Assembly: GCA_038210015.1 (NCBI GenBank)
Contig: JBBQXB010000010.1
Span: 4,082 to 68,081 of the forward strand
Origin: Tepidisphaerales bacterium
GTDB taxonomy: Bacteria > Planctomycetota > Phycisphaerae > Tepidisphaerales > Tepidisphaeraceae
Reading direction: 5' to 3'
DNA: 64,000 bases
The notes beneath the pieces are model-generated. The model was not told where the DNA came from. It was given only the letters and a program-made list of their open reading frames with translations, and did not search any database. Below are positions 63,596 through 64,000 of this stretch, piece by piece (the stretch's first letter is position 1; each line of letters starts with the position of its first letter). Both the position numbers and the translations under genes were made by a program.

Positions 63596-64000
63596 CTATG
63601 TAACAATCCCCTCAACCTGTGCCACCTTCACGATTTCTTCCGCCGTGGTCATGCCGGCCAGAACTTTTAGTTTGCCGTCTTCGAGGAGCGATTTCATGCC
63701 GCTGGCGATCGCGGCTTTGCGGATTTTATTCGTCGGTGCACGTTCAAACGCCAGATTGCGGATTTCGCTGTTGAGTTGCATCAATTCAAACACACCCATT
63801 CGGCCTCGGAAACCCGTGCCGGTGCAGTGATCGCAGCCGCGGGGTTTATACAGCACCTTATCTTTGATATCTGATTCACTGATCCCGCAGCGGCGCAGCC
63901 AAGTGAAGTCGGGCTCGCGATCGACCTGTTTGCATTTCGGGCAAAGCACGCGGATCAGCCGCTGCGCCATGACCGCCTGAATCGCCGATGCGACCAGGAA
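63596..64000 (-). CDS. C-terminal part of a second GspE/PilB-family ATPase (5' end beyond the window)
   Basis: The open frame runs to the window edge (..LVASAIQAVMAQRLIRVLCPKCKQ..CDHCTGTGFRGRMGVFE). The C-terminal Zn-finger is of GspE type. Confidence 0.8.
   Translation of the reverse strand, partial: FLVASAIQAVMAQRLIRVLCPKCKQVDREPDFTWLRRCGISESDIKDKVLYKPRGCDHCTGTGFRGRMGVFELMQLNSEIRNLAFERAPTNKIRKAAIASGMKSLLEDGKLKVLAGMTTAEEIVKVAQVEGIVT

Noticed and set aside
1-64000. tRNA, rRNA, tmRNA, integrase, transposase or prophage content
   Set aside because: All intergenic gaps above 100 nt were read, and none shows a cloverleaf-compatible sequence or rRNA-like conservation. No recombinase-like ORF appears in the six-frame track.

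Overview
This is a gene-dense 64-kb chromosomal segment with about 55 credible CDS. I found no rRNA, tRNA, CRISPR array, transposase or integrase. The gene content suggests a Planctomycetota-like genome. That call is an inference from a MoxR/DUF58/BatA/vWA operon, many signal-peptide hypothetical proteins, PilB/PilT ATPases, GxxExxY and four-helix-bundle mini-genes, and odd intergenic palindromes.

Layout:
- 1-3.2 kb: a frameshifted GxxExxY mini-gene, purN, and a stand-alone NERD-nuclease/SF1-helicase fusion.
- 4.1-8.4 kb: a wHTH regulator plus dabB-dabA (DUF2309/NuoL-like inorganic-carbon pump).
- 8.5-18.5 kb: housekeeping and cofactor genes (proC, panD, pdxH, pdxA, ribE), a sugar-acid dehydratase with a LacI regulator, and YceI.
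- 18.6-32.9 kb: an eight-gene co-directional MoxR-DUF58-BatA-vWA-PA14-coiled-coil-toroid-NPCBM-like operon.
- 33.0 kb: a lysine-rich histone H1-like gene.
- 33.5-37.4 kb: a GH-like gene, aat, ispA, xseB and tilS.
- 38.0-54.0 kb: a 16-gene minus-strand glycan/O-antigen cluster (10 glycosyltransferase genes, an acetyltransferase, a Wzy/WaaL-like protein, a GT39-like protein, and the Wzm/Wzt ABC exporter).
- 54.2-58.3 kb: a 971-aa clostripain-like (C11) protease plus a secreted partner.
- 58.5-64.0 kb: an orphan nuoB, a HEPN (Rx4HxY) gene with a small downstream gene, then pilB, pilT, a four-helix-bundle mini-gene, and a second (partial) GspE-family ATPase.

The least explained signal is a set of intergenic palindromes built from degenerate 7-nt (or 10-nt) tandem units. 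They punctuate operons, bracket single genes, and in two cases supply the C-terminal tail and stop codon of unrelated genes.

All family assignments come from motif recognition by eye. No HMM or BLAST search was run. My own coordinates for repeats and hairpins may be off by 1-2 nt.
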